From: Escherichia coli
GTDB lineage: Bacteria > Pseudomonadota > Gammaproteobacteria > Enterobacterales > Enterobacteriaceae
Strand: one strand, 5' to 3'
Assembly (NCBI RefSeq): GCF_016903815.1
Contig: NZ_CP069973.1
Length of the DNA stretch: 64,000 nucleotides
This document shows positions 35,919 through 49,588 of the stretch, piece by piece (position 1 is the first letter of the stretch; each line of letters starts with the position of its first letter). Position numbers and translations under genes: made by a program. The notes under the pieces are model-generated. The model had not been told where the DNA came from and ran no database searches. It saw only the letters and a program-made list of their open reading frames with translations.

Positions 35919-37367
35919 ATGAGCGCCATAGATTCCCAACTTCCCTCATCTTCTGGGCAAGACCGCCCAACTGATGAGGTTGACCGCATATTATCACCAG
36001 GAAAGCTGATCATACTCGGTCTGCAACACGTCCTTGTCATGTACGCAGGTGCAGTCGCTGTTCCTCTTATGATTGGTGACCGACTGGGCCTCTCAAAAGA
36101 AGCTATTGCGATGCTCATTAGCTCGGATCTCTTTTGCTGCGGGATCGTCACATTATTGCAATGTATCGGTATCGGCCGCTTTATGGGGATCCGCCTGCCG
36201 GTGATTATGTCGGTGACCTTTGCTGCTGTAACACCAATGATAGCCATTGGGATGAACCCGGATATCGGCCTGCTGGGGATATTTGGTGCCACTATCGCCG
36301 CGGGTTTTATCACCACATTATTAGCGCCACTTATCGGTCGCTTGATGCCTTTATTCCCGCCACTGGTTACCGGTGTGGTTATTACTTCTATCGGGCTTAG
36401 CATCATTCAGGTGGGCATTGACTGGGCCGCCGGAGGTAAAGGGAATCCGCAATATGGTAATCCCGTTTATTTAGGTATCTCCTTTGCCGTCTTAATTTTT
36501 ATCTTGCTCATTACTCGCTATGCGAAAGGATTTATGTCCAACGTCGCAGTATTACTGGGGATTGTATTTGGCTTTTTACTTTCGTGGATGATGAATGAAG
36601 TCAATTTATCCGGGCTACATGATGCTTCATGGTTTGCGATTGTTACGCCGATGTCGTTTGGTATGCCGATTTTCGATCCCGTTTCCATTCTGACCATGAC
36701 TGCCGTGTTAATCATCGTGTTTATCGAGTCGATGGGGATGTTCCTGGCACTGGGTGAAATAGTCGGTCGTAAACTCTCTTCGCACGATATTATTCGCGGG
36801 CTGCGTGTCGATGGCGTAGGGACAATGATAGGCGGCACGTTTAACAGCTTCCCCCACACGTCATTTTCACAAAACGTTGGCCTGGTTAGCGTGACGCGCG
36901 TTCATAGCCGCTGGGTGTGTATTTCTTCGGGAATTATATTAATCCTGTTTGGCATGGTGCCAAAAATGGCGGTGCTGGTAGCCTCCATTCCGCAATTTGT
37001 GCTGGGCGGCGCTGGTCTAGTGATGTTCGGCATGGTACTGGCGACAGGGATTCGAATTTTGTCGCGCTGTAACTACACCACCAACCGTTACAACCTCTAT
37101 ATTGTGGCGATCAGTCTCGGCGTTGGCATGACTCCGACGCTCTCTCACGATTTCTTTTCTAAGTTACCGGCCGTACTGCAACCGCTGCTACATAGCGGCA
37201 TTATGCTCGCAACCCTTAGCGCCGTTGTGCTGAACGTCTTCTTTAATGGCTATCAGCATCATGCTGACCTGGTGAAGGAATCCGTCTCTGATAAAGATTT
37301 AAAAGTCAGGACAGTACGTATGTGGCTTCTGATGCGCAAGCTGAAGAAAAATGAGCATGGAGAATAA
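35919..37367 (+). CDS. uacT: NCS2-family nucleobase transporter, most consistent with the uric acid permease UacT (YgfU)
   Basis: Start MSAIDSQLPSSSGQDRPTDEVDRILSPGKLIILGLQHVLVMYAGAVAVPL gives 482 aa. It lies immediately upstream of idi, as ygfU does in K-12. The 44-codon upstream extension of the 525-aa track ORF is rejected. Confidence 0.8.
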   Translation: MSAIDSQLPSSSGQDRPTDEVDRILSPGKLIILGLQHVLVMYAGAVAVPLMIGDRLGLSKEAIAMLISSDLFCCGIVTLLQCIGIGRFMGIRLPVIMSVTFAAVTPMIAIGMNPDIGLLGIFGATIAAGFITTLLAPLIGRLMPLFPPLVTGVVITSIGLSIIQVGIDWAAGGKGNPQYGNPVYLGISFAVLIFILLITRYAKGFMSNVAVLLGIVFGFLLSWMMNEVNLSGLHDASWFAIVTPMSFGMPIFDPVSILTMTAVLIIVFIESMGMFLALGEIVGRKLSSHDIIRGLRVDGVGTMIGGTFNSFPHTSFSQNVGLVSVTRVHSRWVCISSGIILILFGMVPKMAVLVASIPQFVLGGAGLVMFGMVLATGIRILSRCNYTTNRYNLYIVAISLGVGMTPTLSHDFFSKLPAVLQPLLHSGIMLATLSAVVLNVFFNGYQHHADLVKESVSDKDLKVRTVRMWLLMRKLKKNEHGE

Positions 37368-37616
37368 TATGAATTTTTTAATGCGCGCTATATTCAGTCT
37401 GCTGTTGCTTTTTACTCTCTCTATTCCTGTCATTTCTGACTGTGTTGCAATGGCCATTGAAAGTCGCTTCAAATATATGATGCTACTTTTTTAAATGGTT
37501 TTTACCTGTCGGCATCCGCTCAAAACGGGCGGTTGTCGATAAACGCTCACTTGGTTAATCATTTCACTCTTCAATTATCTATAATGATGAGTGATCAGAA
37601 TTACATGTGAGAAATT

Positions 37617-38165
37617 ATGCAAACGGAACACGTCATTTTATTGAATGCACAGGGAGTTCCCACGGGTACGCTGGAAAAGTATGCCGCACACACGGCAGAC
37701 ACCCGCTTACATCTCGCGTTCTCCAGTTGGCTGTTTAATGCCAAAGGACAATTATTAGTTACCCGCCGCGCACTGAGCAAAAAAGCGTGGCCTGGCGTGT
37801 GGACTAACTCGGTTTGTGGGCACCCACAACTGGGAGAAAGCAACGAAGACGCGGTGATCCGCCGTTGCCGTTATGAGCTTGGCGTGGAAATTACGCCTCC
37901 TGAATCTATCTATCCTGACTTTCGCTATCGCGCCACCGATCCGAATGGCATTGTGGAAAATGAAGTGTGTCCGGTATTTGCCGCACGCACCACCAGTGCG
38001 TTACAGATCAACGATGATGAAGTGATGGATTATCAATGGTGTGATTTAGCAGATGTATTACACGGTATTGATGCCACACCGTGGGCGTTCAGTCCGTGGA
38101 TGGTGATGCAGGCAGCCAATAGTGAAGCAAGAAAATTGTTGTCTACTTTCGCGCAGCACAATTAA
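37617..38165 (+). CDS. idi: Isopentenyl-diphosphate delta-isomerase (type 1, Nudix)
   Basis: 182-aa [73 protein letters not shown]. Confidence 0.93.
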   Translation: MQTEHVILLNAQGVPTGTLEKYAAHTADTRLHLAFSSWLFNAKGQLLVTRRALSKKAWPGVWTNSVCGHPQLGESNEDAVIRRCRYELGVEITPPESIYPDFRYRATDPNGIVENEVCPVFAARTTSALQINDDEVMDYQWCDLADVLHGIDATPWAFSPWMVMQAANSEARKLLSTFAQHN

Positions 38166-38207
38166 AAAACCCCGACATTTGCCGGGGTTGTGAGCATAAC
38201 GTAATGC

Positions 38208-39725
38208 TTATTTTACCGGACGCATCGCCGGGAACAGAATAACGTCGCGGATGGTATGGCTGTTGGTGAACAGCATTACCATACGGTCGATGCCAATCCC
38301 CAGACCTGCTGTCGGCGGTAAGCCATGTTCCAGTGCGGTAACGTAATCTTCATCGTAGAACATCGCTTCGTCGTCACCTGCGTCTTTCGCGGCAACCTGA
38401 TCCAGGAAGCGTTGCGCCTGATCTTCCGCGTCATTCAGCTCGCTAAAGCCGTTACCGATTTCACGACCACCGATGAAGAACTCAAAGCGGTCTGTGATTT
38501 CCGGGTTAATGTCGTTACGACGCGCCAGCGGAGAAACTTCTGCCGGATATTCAGTAATGAAGGTCGGCTGAATCAGATGTGCTTCTGCCACTTCTTCGAA
38601 GATCTCGGTAACGATACGGCCCAGACCCCAGCTCTTCTCAACGTGGATACCGATAGATTCAGCAATCGCTTTCGCAGAGTCGAAGTTATCCAGATCCGCC
38701 ATGTCGGTTTCCGGGCGATATTTCTTGATCGCTTCACGCATGGTCAGTTTTTCGAACGGTTTACCGAAGTCCAGCGTCACGTCGCCGTAGGTCACTTCCG
38801 TCTTACCGAGAATATCCTGTGCCAGAGTACGGAACAGCGATTCGGTCAGCTCGATCAGATCTTTGTAATCTGCGTAAGCCATGTAGAGTTCCATCATGGT
38901 GAACTCTGGGTTATGACGTACGGAGATACCTTCGTTACGGAAGTTACGGTTGATTTCGAATACACGCTCGAAGCCACCGACCACCAGACGCTTGAGGTAC
39001 AGTTCCGGCGCGATACGCAGGTACATGTCGAGATCCAGCGCGTTATGGTGGGTGATAAACGGACGCGCAGCGGCACCGCCAGGGATCACCTGCATCATCG
39101 GCGTTTCAACTTCCATAAAGCCGCGGTTCACCATGAACTGGCGAATACCAGAGAGGATCTGCGAGCGCACTTTAAAGGTGTTACGGGATTCATCGTTAGA
39201 GATGAGATCCAGATAACGCTGACGATAGCGCGCTTCCTGATCCTGCAAGCCGTGGAATTTATCCGGCAGCGGACGCAGTGCTTTGGTCAGCAGACGCAGC
39301 TCGGTACAGTGGATAGACAGTTCGCCGGTTTTGGTTTTGAACAGTTTACCTTTCGCGCCGAGGATGTCACCGAGGTCCCATTTTTTGAACTGCTCGTTGT
39401 AAACGCCTTCCGGCAGATCGTCACGGGCAACGTACAGCTGAATGCGGCCACCCACATCCTGCAGGGTAACGAAAGACGCTTTACCCATAATACGGCGGGT
39501 CATCATGCGGCCAGCAACGGCGACTTCGATGTTCAGCGCTTCCAGTTCTTCGTTCTCTTTACCGTCGAATTCTGCGTGCAATTGGTCAGAGGTATGATCG
39601 CGACGGAAATCGTTCGGGAAGGCAATCCCCTGCTCGCGCAGGTTCGCCAGCTTCTCACGACGCGTTTTCAGTTCATTGTTAAGATCGACTACCGCGTCAG
39701 CGCCCTGTGCGTGTTGTTCAGACAT
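38208..39725 (-). CDS. lysS: Lysine--tRNA ligase (constitutive)
   Basis: 505-aa [47 protein letters not shown]. Confidence 0.94.
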   Translation of the reverse strand: MSEQHAQGADAVVDLNNELKTRREKLANLREQGIAFPNDFRRDHTSDQLHAEFDGKENEELEALNIEVAVAGRMMTRRIMGKASFVTLQDVGGRIQLYVARDDLPEGVYNEQFKKWDLGDILGAKGKLFKTKTGELSIHCTELRLLTKALRPLPDKFHGLQDQEARYRQRYLDLISNDESRNTFKVRSQILSGIRQFMVNRGFMEVETPMMQVIPGGAAARPFITHHNALDLDMYLRIAPELYLKRLVVGGFERVFEINRNFRNEGISVRHNPEFTMMELYMAYADYKDLIELTESLFRTLAQDILGKTEVTYGDVTLDFGKPFEKLTMREAIKKYRPETDMADLDNFDSAKAIAESIGIHVEKSWGLGRIVTEIFEEVAEAHLIQPTFITEYPAEVSPLARRNDINPEITDRFEFFIGGREIGNGFSELNDAEDQAQRFLDQVAAKDAGDDEAMFYDEDYVTALEHGLPPTAGLGIGIDRMVMLFTNSHTIRDVILFPAMRPVK

Positions 39726-39734
39726 GTTGGTTCC

Positions 39735-40833
39735 TCATAACCCTGCTTTCAAACTTGCTTCGATAAATTGATCCAGGCTGCCGTCCAGCACGGCCTGCGT
39801 GTTGCGGGTTTCTACCCCGGTACGCAGATCTTTAATGCGGGAGTCATCAAGGACATAAGAACGAATCTGGCTGCCCCAGCCGATGTCGGATTTGTTATCT
39901 TCCATCGCCTGTTTCTCGGCATTTTTCTTCTGCATCTCCAGTTCATAAAGCTTCGCTTTCATCTGCTTCATGGCCTGGTCTTTGTTCTTGTGCTGGGAAC
40001 GGTCGTTCTGGCATTGGGTCACGATCCCGGTTGGGATGTGGGTAATACGCACCGCAGATTCGGTACGGTTAACGTGCTGACCGCCCGCGCCGGACGCGCG
40101 ATAAACGTCAATGCGCAGATCCGCCGGGTTGATTTCGATATCAATATCATCATCAACTTCCGGGTAAACAAACGCAGAGCTGAACGATGTGTGGCGACGA
40201 CCGCCGGAGTCAAACGGGCTTTTACGCACCAGGCGGTGAACGCCAGTTTCTGTACGCAGCCAGCCGTAAGCGTAATCGCCGGAGATTTTGATCGTCACGG
40301 ATTTAATACCCGCCACTTCACCTTCCGACTCTTCGATGATTTCAGTTTTGAAACCACGCGATTCTGCCCAGCGCAGATACATACGCTCAAGCATGCTCGC
40401 CCAGTCCTGTGCTTCCGTACCGCCAGACCCCGCCTGAATATCGAGGTAGCAGTCGGCGCTGTCATATTCGCCAGAGAACATACGGCGGAACTCAAGCTGC
40501 GCCAGTTTTTCTTCCAGGGCGTCGAGTTCAGCAACGGCTTCGTTAAAGGTTTCTTCGTCGTCAGCTTCTACAGCCAGTTCCAGCAGACCAGAAACATCTT
40601 CCAGCCCCTGTTTCATTTGGTCGAGAGTGTCGACAACGGCTTCGAGGGAGGAACGCTCTTTACCCAGCGCCTGTGCGCGTTCGGGTTCGTTCCAGACATC
40701 CGGCTGTTCCAGCTCGGCGTTTACTTCTTCCAGACGCTCTTTCTTGGCGTCGTAGTCAAAGATACCCCCTAAGAACGTCGGAGCGTTCCGTGAGGTCCTG
40801 AATGCGATTATTTACCGGATTAATTTCAAACAT
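39735..40833 (-). CDS. prfB: Peptide chain release factor 2, requiring a programmed +1 ribosomal frameshift
   Basis: The first 25 codons [25 protein letters not shown] are read from the ATG at 40831-40833 and end at an in-frame UGA. The +1 frame continues as the 293-aa track ORF (39735..40616 region), with GGQ-containing RF2 domains. Confidence 0.92.
40750..40775 (-). promoter_or_regulatory. prfB +1 frameshift site (internal Shine-Dalgarno AGGGGG followed by CUU UGA C)
   Basis: The minus strand reads CGTTCTTAGGGGGTATCTTTGACTACGAC: an SD-like AGGGGG, a 3-nt spacer, the slippery CUU and an in-frame UGA followed by C. Confidence 0.85.
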
Positions 40834-40923
40834 GGTCTGATTTCTTTTATTGAGCTAGTCAAAATGCGGTGATAAGAGCGGGATTGTACCCAATCCACGC
40901 TCTTTTTTATAGAGAAGATGACG

Positions 40924-42657
40924 CTAAATTGGCCAGATATTGTCGATGATAATTTGCAGGCTGCGGTTGCCGCGAAACTCGTTGATATCGAGCTTGTAAG
41001 CCAGTTGCACTTCGCGCACGCCGTTATCCGGCCAGAGGGCGGTATCGACATTAAAAGCAATACCATCCAGCAGTGGACCGCCGCCGACCGGTTCGACCAT
41101 CACCTTCAAATGACGTTCGCCCACCAGCCGCTGTTGCAGCAGACGGAAATGACCGTCAAACAGCGGCTCCGGGAACATCTGCCCCCACGGGCCAGCATCG
41201 CGCAGCAACTGCGCCACTTCCATGGTCATTTCGGCCGGGCTTAACGGACCGTCTGACACCACTTCGCCTTGCAATAGCGAAGGGTCCAGCCACTCTGTAA
41301 CCAGTTCGCCAAACCGTTGTTGAAAGAGTTCGAATTTATCCTCTTCCAGCGACAAACCCGCCGCCATCGCATGACCGCCAAACTTCAGTATCATGCCAGG
41401 GTAGAGTGTGTCTAATCGCTCCAGTGCATCACGCATATGCAGCCCCTGAATGGAGCGACCTGAACCTTTCAGCGTACCATCACCTGCTGGCGCAAAGGCG
41501 ATAACCGGACGGTGAAAACGCTCTTTGATGCGCGAAGCCAGAATACCGACAACGCCCTGATGCCATTCGGGGTGATACATTGCCAGCCCGCCGGGTAGCG
41601 TGTCGCGACTTCGCTCCAGTTTCTCGCACAGGGTCAGGGCTTCAACTTGCATTCCTTGTTCGATCTCTTTTCGCGTCTGGTTTAGCGCATCGAGTTCATT
41701 TGCCAGCACGCGCGCTTCGCCGATGTTGTCGCACAGCAAGAGCGCCACACCGACGGACATATCGTCCAGTCGTCCGGCAGCATTGAGACGTGGCCCCAGC
41801 GCAAAACCTAAATCGCTGGCGGCGAGTTTTTGTGCATCACGGTTTGCCACTTCCAGCAGCGCTTTAATCCCTGGACGGCACTTTCCGGCACGGATGCGAC
41901 TCATCCCCTGCCAGGTCAGAATGCGATTATTAGCGTCCAGCGGCACGACGTCCGCCACTGTTCCCAGCGCGACCAGATCCAGCAGTTCTGCCAGGTTAGG
42001 AATTGCGATGCCACGCTCATAAAACCAGCCCTGATCGCGCAAAAAGGTGCGCAGCGCCAGCATCAGATAAAACGCCACACCCACGCCTGCCAGTGATTTC
42101 GACGGGAAATTACAGTCGCGCAAGTTAGGGTTAATGATCGCTTCCGCTGCGGGTAATGTTTCGCCCGGCAAATGGTGATCGGTAACAATAACCGGAATGC
42201 CCAACGAGCGAGCGTGTTCAACGCCCGCATGGGAGGAAATACCGTTATCCACCGTGACAATTAACTGCGCGCCACGGGCATGGGCCTGATCGACTACTTC
42301 CGGGCTTAAGCCGTAACCGTCTTCGAAACGGTTTGGTACCAGATAGTCGATATTGCTGCAACCAAGCGAGCGCATCGCCAGCACGCTTAGAGCCGTGCTG
42401 GTCGCGCCGTCGGCATCAAAATCACCAACCACAATAATCCGCGTTCCTTCGCGAAAAGCGTTGTAAAGGATCTCAACGGCCTTTTCGACGCCGCTCAGTT
42501 GCTGCCAGGGCAGCATACCTTTAACACTGCGTTCCAGTTCTTGCGCACTGCGTACTCCCCGGCTGGCGTATAAACGGCGCAGCAAGGGAGGCAATTCAGC
42601 GGGCAAGTCTGCCGTTTCATCGACTTCACGGCGACGAAGTTGTATCTGTTGTTTCAC
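40924..42657 (-). CDS. recJ: Single-stranded-DNA-specific 5'-3' exonuclease RecJ
   Basis: 577-aa ORF; MKQQIQLRRREVDETADLPAELPPLLRRLYASRGVRSAQELE and the DHH motifs. Confidence 0.93.
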   Translation of the reverse strand: MKQQIQLRRREVDETADLPAELPPLLRRLYASRGVRSAQELERSVKGMLPWQQLSGVEKAVEILYNAFREGTRIIVVGDFDADGATSTALSVLAMRSLGCSNIDYLVPNRFEDGYGLSPEVVDQAHARGAQLIVTVDNGISSHAGVEHARSLGIPVIVTDHHLPGETLPAAEAIINPNLRDCNFPSKSLAGVGVAFYLMLALRTFLRDQGWFYERGIAIPNLAELLDLVALGTVADVVPLDANNRILTWQGMSRIRAGKCRPGIKALLEVANRDAQKLAASDLGFALGPRLNAAGRLDDMSVGVALLLCDNIGEARVLANELDALNQTRKEIEQGMQVEALTLCEKLERSRDTLPGGLAMYHPEWHQGVVGILASRIKERFHRPVIAFAPAGDGTLKGSGRSIQGLHMRDALERLDTLYPGMILKFGGHAMAAGLSLEEDKFELFQQRFGELVTEWLDPSLLQGEVVSDGPLSPAEMTMEVAQLLRDAGPWGQMFPEPLFDGHFRLLQQRLVGERHLKVMVEPVGGGPLLDGIAFNVDTALWPDNGVREVQLAYKLDINEFRGNRSLQIIIDNIWPI

Positions 42658-42662
42658 GCGAA

Positions 42663-43373
42663 TTATTTACCGCTGGTCATTTTTTGGTGTTCGTCGAGGA
42701 ATTCTTTCATCTCTTTCGGCGGCTGGTAACCCGGGACAAGTGTGCCATTGCTCAGCACAACTGCCGGAGTACCGCTAACGCCAAGCTGGACGCCAAGTGC
42801 GTAATGGTCGGCAATATCCACGTCGCAACTGGCTGGTGCGACGCTTTTACCTGCAATCACATCATCAAACGCTTTGTTTTTATCTTTCGCACACCAGATA
42901 GCTTTCATTTCTTTCTCTGCATCGCTGTCCAGCCCCTGGCGCGGGAAGGCAAGATAACGCACGGTGATCCCCAGCGCGTTATAGTCTGCCATTTGCTCAT
43001 GCAGTTTGTGGCAGTAACCACAGGTAATATCAGTAAACACGGTGATGACGTGTTTTTCCTGCGGTGCTTTATAAACGATCATCTCTTTTTCAAGCGCATT
43101 CAACTGCTTTAACAGCATCTTATTGGTGACATTGACCGGAGCCGTGCCGCTAACGTCATACATTGGCCCCTGAATGATATGTTTACCGTCATCGGTGATG
43201 TACAACACACCGCTGTTAGTCAGCACAGTCTTCATGCCAGCCACGGGTGCTGGCTGAATATCGCTGCTTTTAATGCCCATTTTGGCTAACGTTTGTTGAA
43301 TTGCCGCGTCATCCGCCTGAACAAAGCCTGAAAACGCCGCCAACAACGTAAATAACATAAAACCTTTCTTCAT
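42663..43373 (-). CDS. dsbC: Thiol:disulfide interchange protein DsbC
   Basis: Internal start MKKGFMLFTLLAAFSGFVQA (signal peptide) gives 236 aa, with a CGYC active site. The 9-codon upstream extension is rejected. Confidence 0.9.
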   Translation of the reverse strand: MKKGFMLFTLLAAFSGFVQADDAAIQQTLAKMGIKSSDIQPAPVAGMKTVLTNSGVLYITDDGKHIIQGPMYDVSGTAPVNVTNKMLLKQLNALEKEMIVYKAPQEKHVITVFTDITCGYCHKLHEQMADYNALGITVRYLAFPRQGLDSDAEKEMKAIWCAKDKNKAFDDVIAGKSVAPASCDVDIADHYALGVQLGVSGTPAVVLSNGTLVPGYQPPKEMKEFLDEHQKMTSGK

Positions 43374-43396
43374 AAATCGTCCTATTTTCTCAGCAA

Positions 43397-44293
43397 TCAA
43401 GCCCGCGGGTGATGCTGTTGATGAAGTTGACGCAAACGCTCGGTGGCGACATGCGTATAAATTTGGGTGGTGGATAGATCGCTATGACCCAACAACATCT
43501 GCACCACACGTAAATCCGCACCATGATTTAATAAATGAGTGGCAAAAGCGTGACGCAACACATGCGGTGACAGCTTTTCGCTGTCGATACCCGCCAGCAC
43601 GGCATAATGTTTAATGCGGTGCCAGAAGGTCTGTCGCGTCATCTGCTGCGCACGCTGGCTGGGGAACAACACATCAATAGAGACACCGTTCAACAACCAC
43701 GGTCGCCCATGCTCGAGATACGTTTCCAGCCAGTAAACCGCCTCTTCACCTAACGGCACCAGGCGCTCTTTGTTGCCTTTACCAATGACCCGCACTACGC
43801 CCTGACGCAGGCTGATATCACTCATTGTCAGTCCGACCAGTTCAGAGACACGCAGCCCGGTAGCATACAACACTTCAAGCATGGCTTTATCGCGTAGCTC
43901 CAGTGGCTGATCAATTAATGGTGCCTGTAATAAACGTTCGACCTGCGCTTCGCTTAAATCTTTTGGCAAACGCTGTGGCAATTTCGGTGAAGCGAGATGC
44001 GCACTGGGATCGTCTTCACGAAACTTTTCGCGATAAAGATACTGGAACAATCGGCGCACTGCACTCAGCAAACGTGCCGAGCTGGTGGCTTTATACCCGC
44101 CCTCCAGCCTTTCTGCCAGTAATGCCTGCAAATCGTCACTTTGCGCCGTCGCCAGCGTCAACCCGCGGTGATGCAACCACTCCACCATCATTGACAGATC
44201 GCGACGGTAAGCGTTCAACGTATTTTCAGCCAGATTTTTTTCCAGCCACAGAGCATCAAGAAACTGCTCGATGCGTGCCAGATCCTGTTTCAC
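43397..44293 (-). CDS. xerD: Site-specific tyrosine recombinase XerD
   Basis: 298-aa ORF; MKQDLARIEQFLDALWLEKNLAENTLNAYRRDL, with the C-terminal catalytic residues ...HVLRHAFATHLLNHGADLRVVQMLLGHSDLSTTQIYTHV. Confidence 0.93.
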   Translation of the reverse strand: MKQDLARIEQFLDALWLEKNLAENTLNAYRRDLSMMVEWLHHRGLTLATAQSDDLQALLAERLEGGYKATSSARLLSAVRRLFQYLYREKFREDDPSAHLASPKLPQRLPKDLSEAQVERLLQAPLIDQPLELRDKAMLEVLYATGLRVSELVGLTMSDISLRQGVVRVIGKGNKERLVPLGEEAVYWLETYLEHGRPWLLNGVSIDVLFPSQRAQQMTRQTFWHRIKHYAVLAGIDSEKLSPHVLRHAFATHLLNHGADLRVVQMLLGHSDLSTTQIYTHVATERLRQLHQQHHPRA

Positions 44294-44404
44294 TTGCGCC
44301 CCTTATGGTCACTCATTTGATCCATTATGCCTTATTGTGCCGTGACTAAAGCGATTCTGATACACTAGCCGCAAAAGCCACAGCAGAATCGAGAAGCTTA
44401 CGTT

Positions 44405-44926
44405 ATGAATATGGGTCTTTTTTACGGTTCCAGCACCTGTTACACCGAAATGGCGGCAGAAAAAATCCGCGATATTATCGGCCCAGAACTGGTGACCTTA
44501 CATAACCTCAAGGACGACTCCCCGAAATTAATGGAGCAGTACGATGTGCTCATTCTGGGTATCCCGACCTGGGATTTTGGTGAAATCCAGGAAGACTGGG
44601 AAGCCGTCTGGGATCAGCTCGACGACCTGAACCTCGAAGGTAAAATTGTTGCGCTGTATGGGCTTGGCGATCAACTGGGATACGGCGAGTGGTTCCTCGA
44701 TGCGCTCGGTATGCTGCATGACAAACTCTCGACCAAAGGCGTGAAGTTCGTCGGCTACTGGCCAACGGAAGGATATGAATTTACCAGCCCGAAACCGGTG
44801 ATTGCTGACGGGCAACTGTTCGTGGGGCTGGCGCTGGACGAAACTAACCAGTATGACCTTAGCGACGAGCGTATTCAGAGCTGGTGTGAACAAATCCTCA
44901 ACGAAATGGCAGAGCATTACGCCTGA
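44405..44926 (+). CDS. fldB: Flavodoxin 2
   Basis: 173-aa [43 protein letters not shown]. Confidence 0.92.
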
Positions 44927-44959
44927 TGTCACTGACGGCTTAGCGCATATGCTTTGCCG

Positions 44960-45632
<673 letters not shown>

Positions 45633-45862
45633 TCACGAAAATCCAGTACCCCGCTATTGTAACGTGTTTTTCGACTTCTTTTACGGGAATATCAGTAAAC
45701 ACAATCGCGATCGCGAAATTAATTCACAACAATTCAAGGGCTTCATTTTTTTGGAAGTCGCCTCGCAGAAGGCACAGATCGCGTAGTGAAAGCACTTGCA
45801 TTGCCTCATAGCTCTTTTACCATTAGTCATTAATACGCCGTTAAGCAACTCAGGACTCTATT

Positions 45863-46843
45863 ATGGCTTTTACACCTTTTCCTCCCCGTCAGCCTACGGC
45901 TTCTGCCCGTTTACCGCTGACACTGATGACGCTTGATGACTGGGCGCTTGCCACCATTACTGGCGCGGACAGCGAAAAATATATGCAGGGTCAGGTGACA
46001 GCAGACGTCAGCCAGATGACAGAAGATCAGCACCTGCTGGCCGCCCATTGCGACGCCAAAGGTAAAATGTGGAGCAATTTACGTCTGTTCCGCGACGGCG
46101 ATGGCTTTGCGTGGATTGAACGGCGCAGCGTGCGTGAACCGCAGCTGACTGAACTGAAAAAATATGCGGTATTCTCTAAAGTGACCATCGCGCCAGACGA
46201 CGAGCGTGTGCTGCTTGGTGTTGCCGGTTTTCAGGCGCGCGCCGCGCTGGCAAACCTCTTTAGTGTATTACCTTCGAAGGAAAAGCAGGTTATCAGAGAA
46301 GATGCGACTACCCTGCTATGGTTTGAACACCCGGCAGAACGTTTCCTGATCGTAACCGATGAAGCTACTGCCAATATGCTGACCGATAAACTGCGCGGTG
46401 AAGCGGAACTGAACAATAGCCAACAGTGGCTGGCATTAAACATTGAAGCGGGTTTCCCGGTGATTGATGCCGCCAACAGCGGGCAGTTTATTCCACAGGC
46501 GACCAATCTCCAGGCGCTGGGCGGTATCAGCTTTAAGAAAGGCTGCTATACCGGACAAGAGATGGTGGCGCGAGCAAAATTCCGTGGTGCCAACAAACGC
46601 GCGCTCTGGTTGCTGACAGGTAGTGCCAGCCGACTGCCGGAAGCTGGTGAAGATTTAGAGCTGAAAATGGGCGAGAACTGGCGTCGCACCGGTACGGTGC
46701 TGGCTGCGGTAAAACTGGAAGATGGTCAGGTCGTGGTACAGGTCGTCATGAATAACGATATGGAACCGGACAGCATCTTCCGCGTGCGTGACGATGCGAA
46801 TACACTGCATATCGAGCCGCTGCCGTATTCGCTCGAAGAGTAA
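45863..46843 (+). CDS. ygfZ: tRNA-modifying / folate-binding protein YgfZ
   Basis: 326-aa [52 protein letters not shown]. Confidence 0.9.
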
Positions 46844-46849
46844 ATCTCT

Positions 46850-46910
46850 GTATCGCATCAGGCATTTATCGCCTGATGCGACGCTGACGCGTCTTATCAT
46901 GCCTACAAAG
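46850..46910. repeat. REP (repetitive extragenic palindromic) element
   Basis: gcatcaggcatttatcgcctgatgcgacgctgacgcgtcttatcatgcctacaaaggcat contains the REP core GCCTGATGCGACGCT...GCGTCTTATCA.GCCTACA, between the convergent ygfZ and yqfA. Confidence 0.75.
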
Positions 46911-46919
46911 GCATACCCA

Positions 46920-47582
<663 letters not shown>

Positions 47583-47742
47583 TTACTCCGGAGAAACGTA
47601 CACGCACATGTATACCTCTCCAGCGTAACTGAGAATAGTTCCAGTGAACACCTGTTAGCTAAAATAAATTCTGATTTGAGACTAATCTCCTAAAAATCAT
47701 GAAATTAAATGCGAAATTTCAACTAACAGGCGTGAGTTCAAT

Positions 47743-48054
47743 TTAAAGACATTTAAATTCAATCACATAAAATTGTGTCTGACCGGGATAGATGTCAGCA
47801 ATGACTTTTTTCAGTTCAGTCAGGGTCATATTTTCCTGCTCTGCATGTTTTTCCGTCAGCGTATCCAGCGTTACGGTTGAGGTTGCGGTGACTTCAATCG
47901 TGCAAAAATAACCGTCATCTTCAAAACGTCCGACACGAAGCACATCACCCGTTTTGAAGTGCGATTCAGACTCGTCGCGGATGGTGATGGTTTTACGCCC
48001 AGCCAGAATGTCATCCTGGAAACGTTGAAAAAAAGTGATGTCGTTTGGCTGCAT
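47743..48054 (-). CDS. yqfB: ASCH-domain protein YqfB
   Basis: 103-aa [37 protein letters not shown]. Confidence 0.82.
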   Translation of the reverse strand: MQPNDITFFQRFQDDILAGRKTITIRDESESHFKTGDVLRVGRFEDDGYFCTIEVTATSTVTLDTLTEKHAEQENMTLTELKKVIADIYPGQTQFYVIEFKCL

Positions 48055-48071
48055 GGTACTATTTCCTGTAA

Positions 48072-49532
<1,461 letters not shown>

Positions 49533-49588
49533 GTCGATGAAGTACCGGATGCAATACTTGTTGCATCCGGTCAGACAACTTCCCTGTT

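Noticed and set aside
38325-39740. 471-aa ORF on the + strand, antisense to lysS
   Set aside because: It lies entirely within the recognised lysS coding region on the opposite strand and has an odd, repetitive composition (FR/HR-rich). It is a typical shadow ORF.
49545-49570. Hairpin ccggatgcaatacttgttgcatccgg between bglA and ygfF as a REP element
   Set aside because: It is palindromic but lacks the REP consensus core and a clear U-run. It is more likely a weak bidirectional terminator, so it is not listed as a feature.
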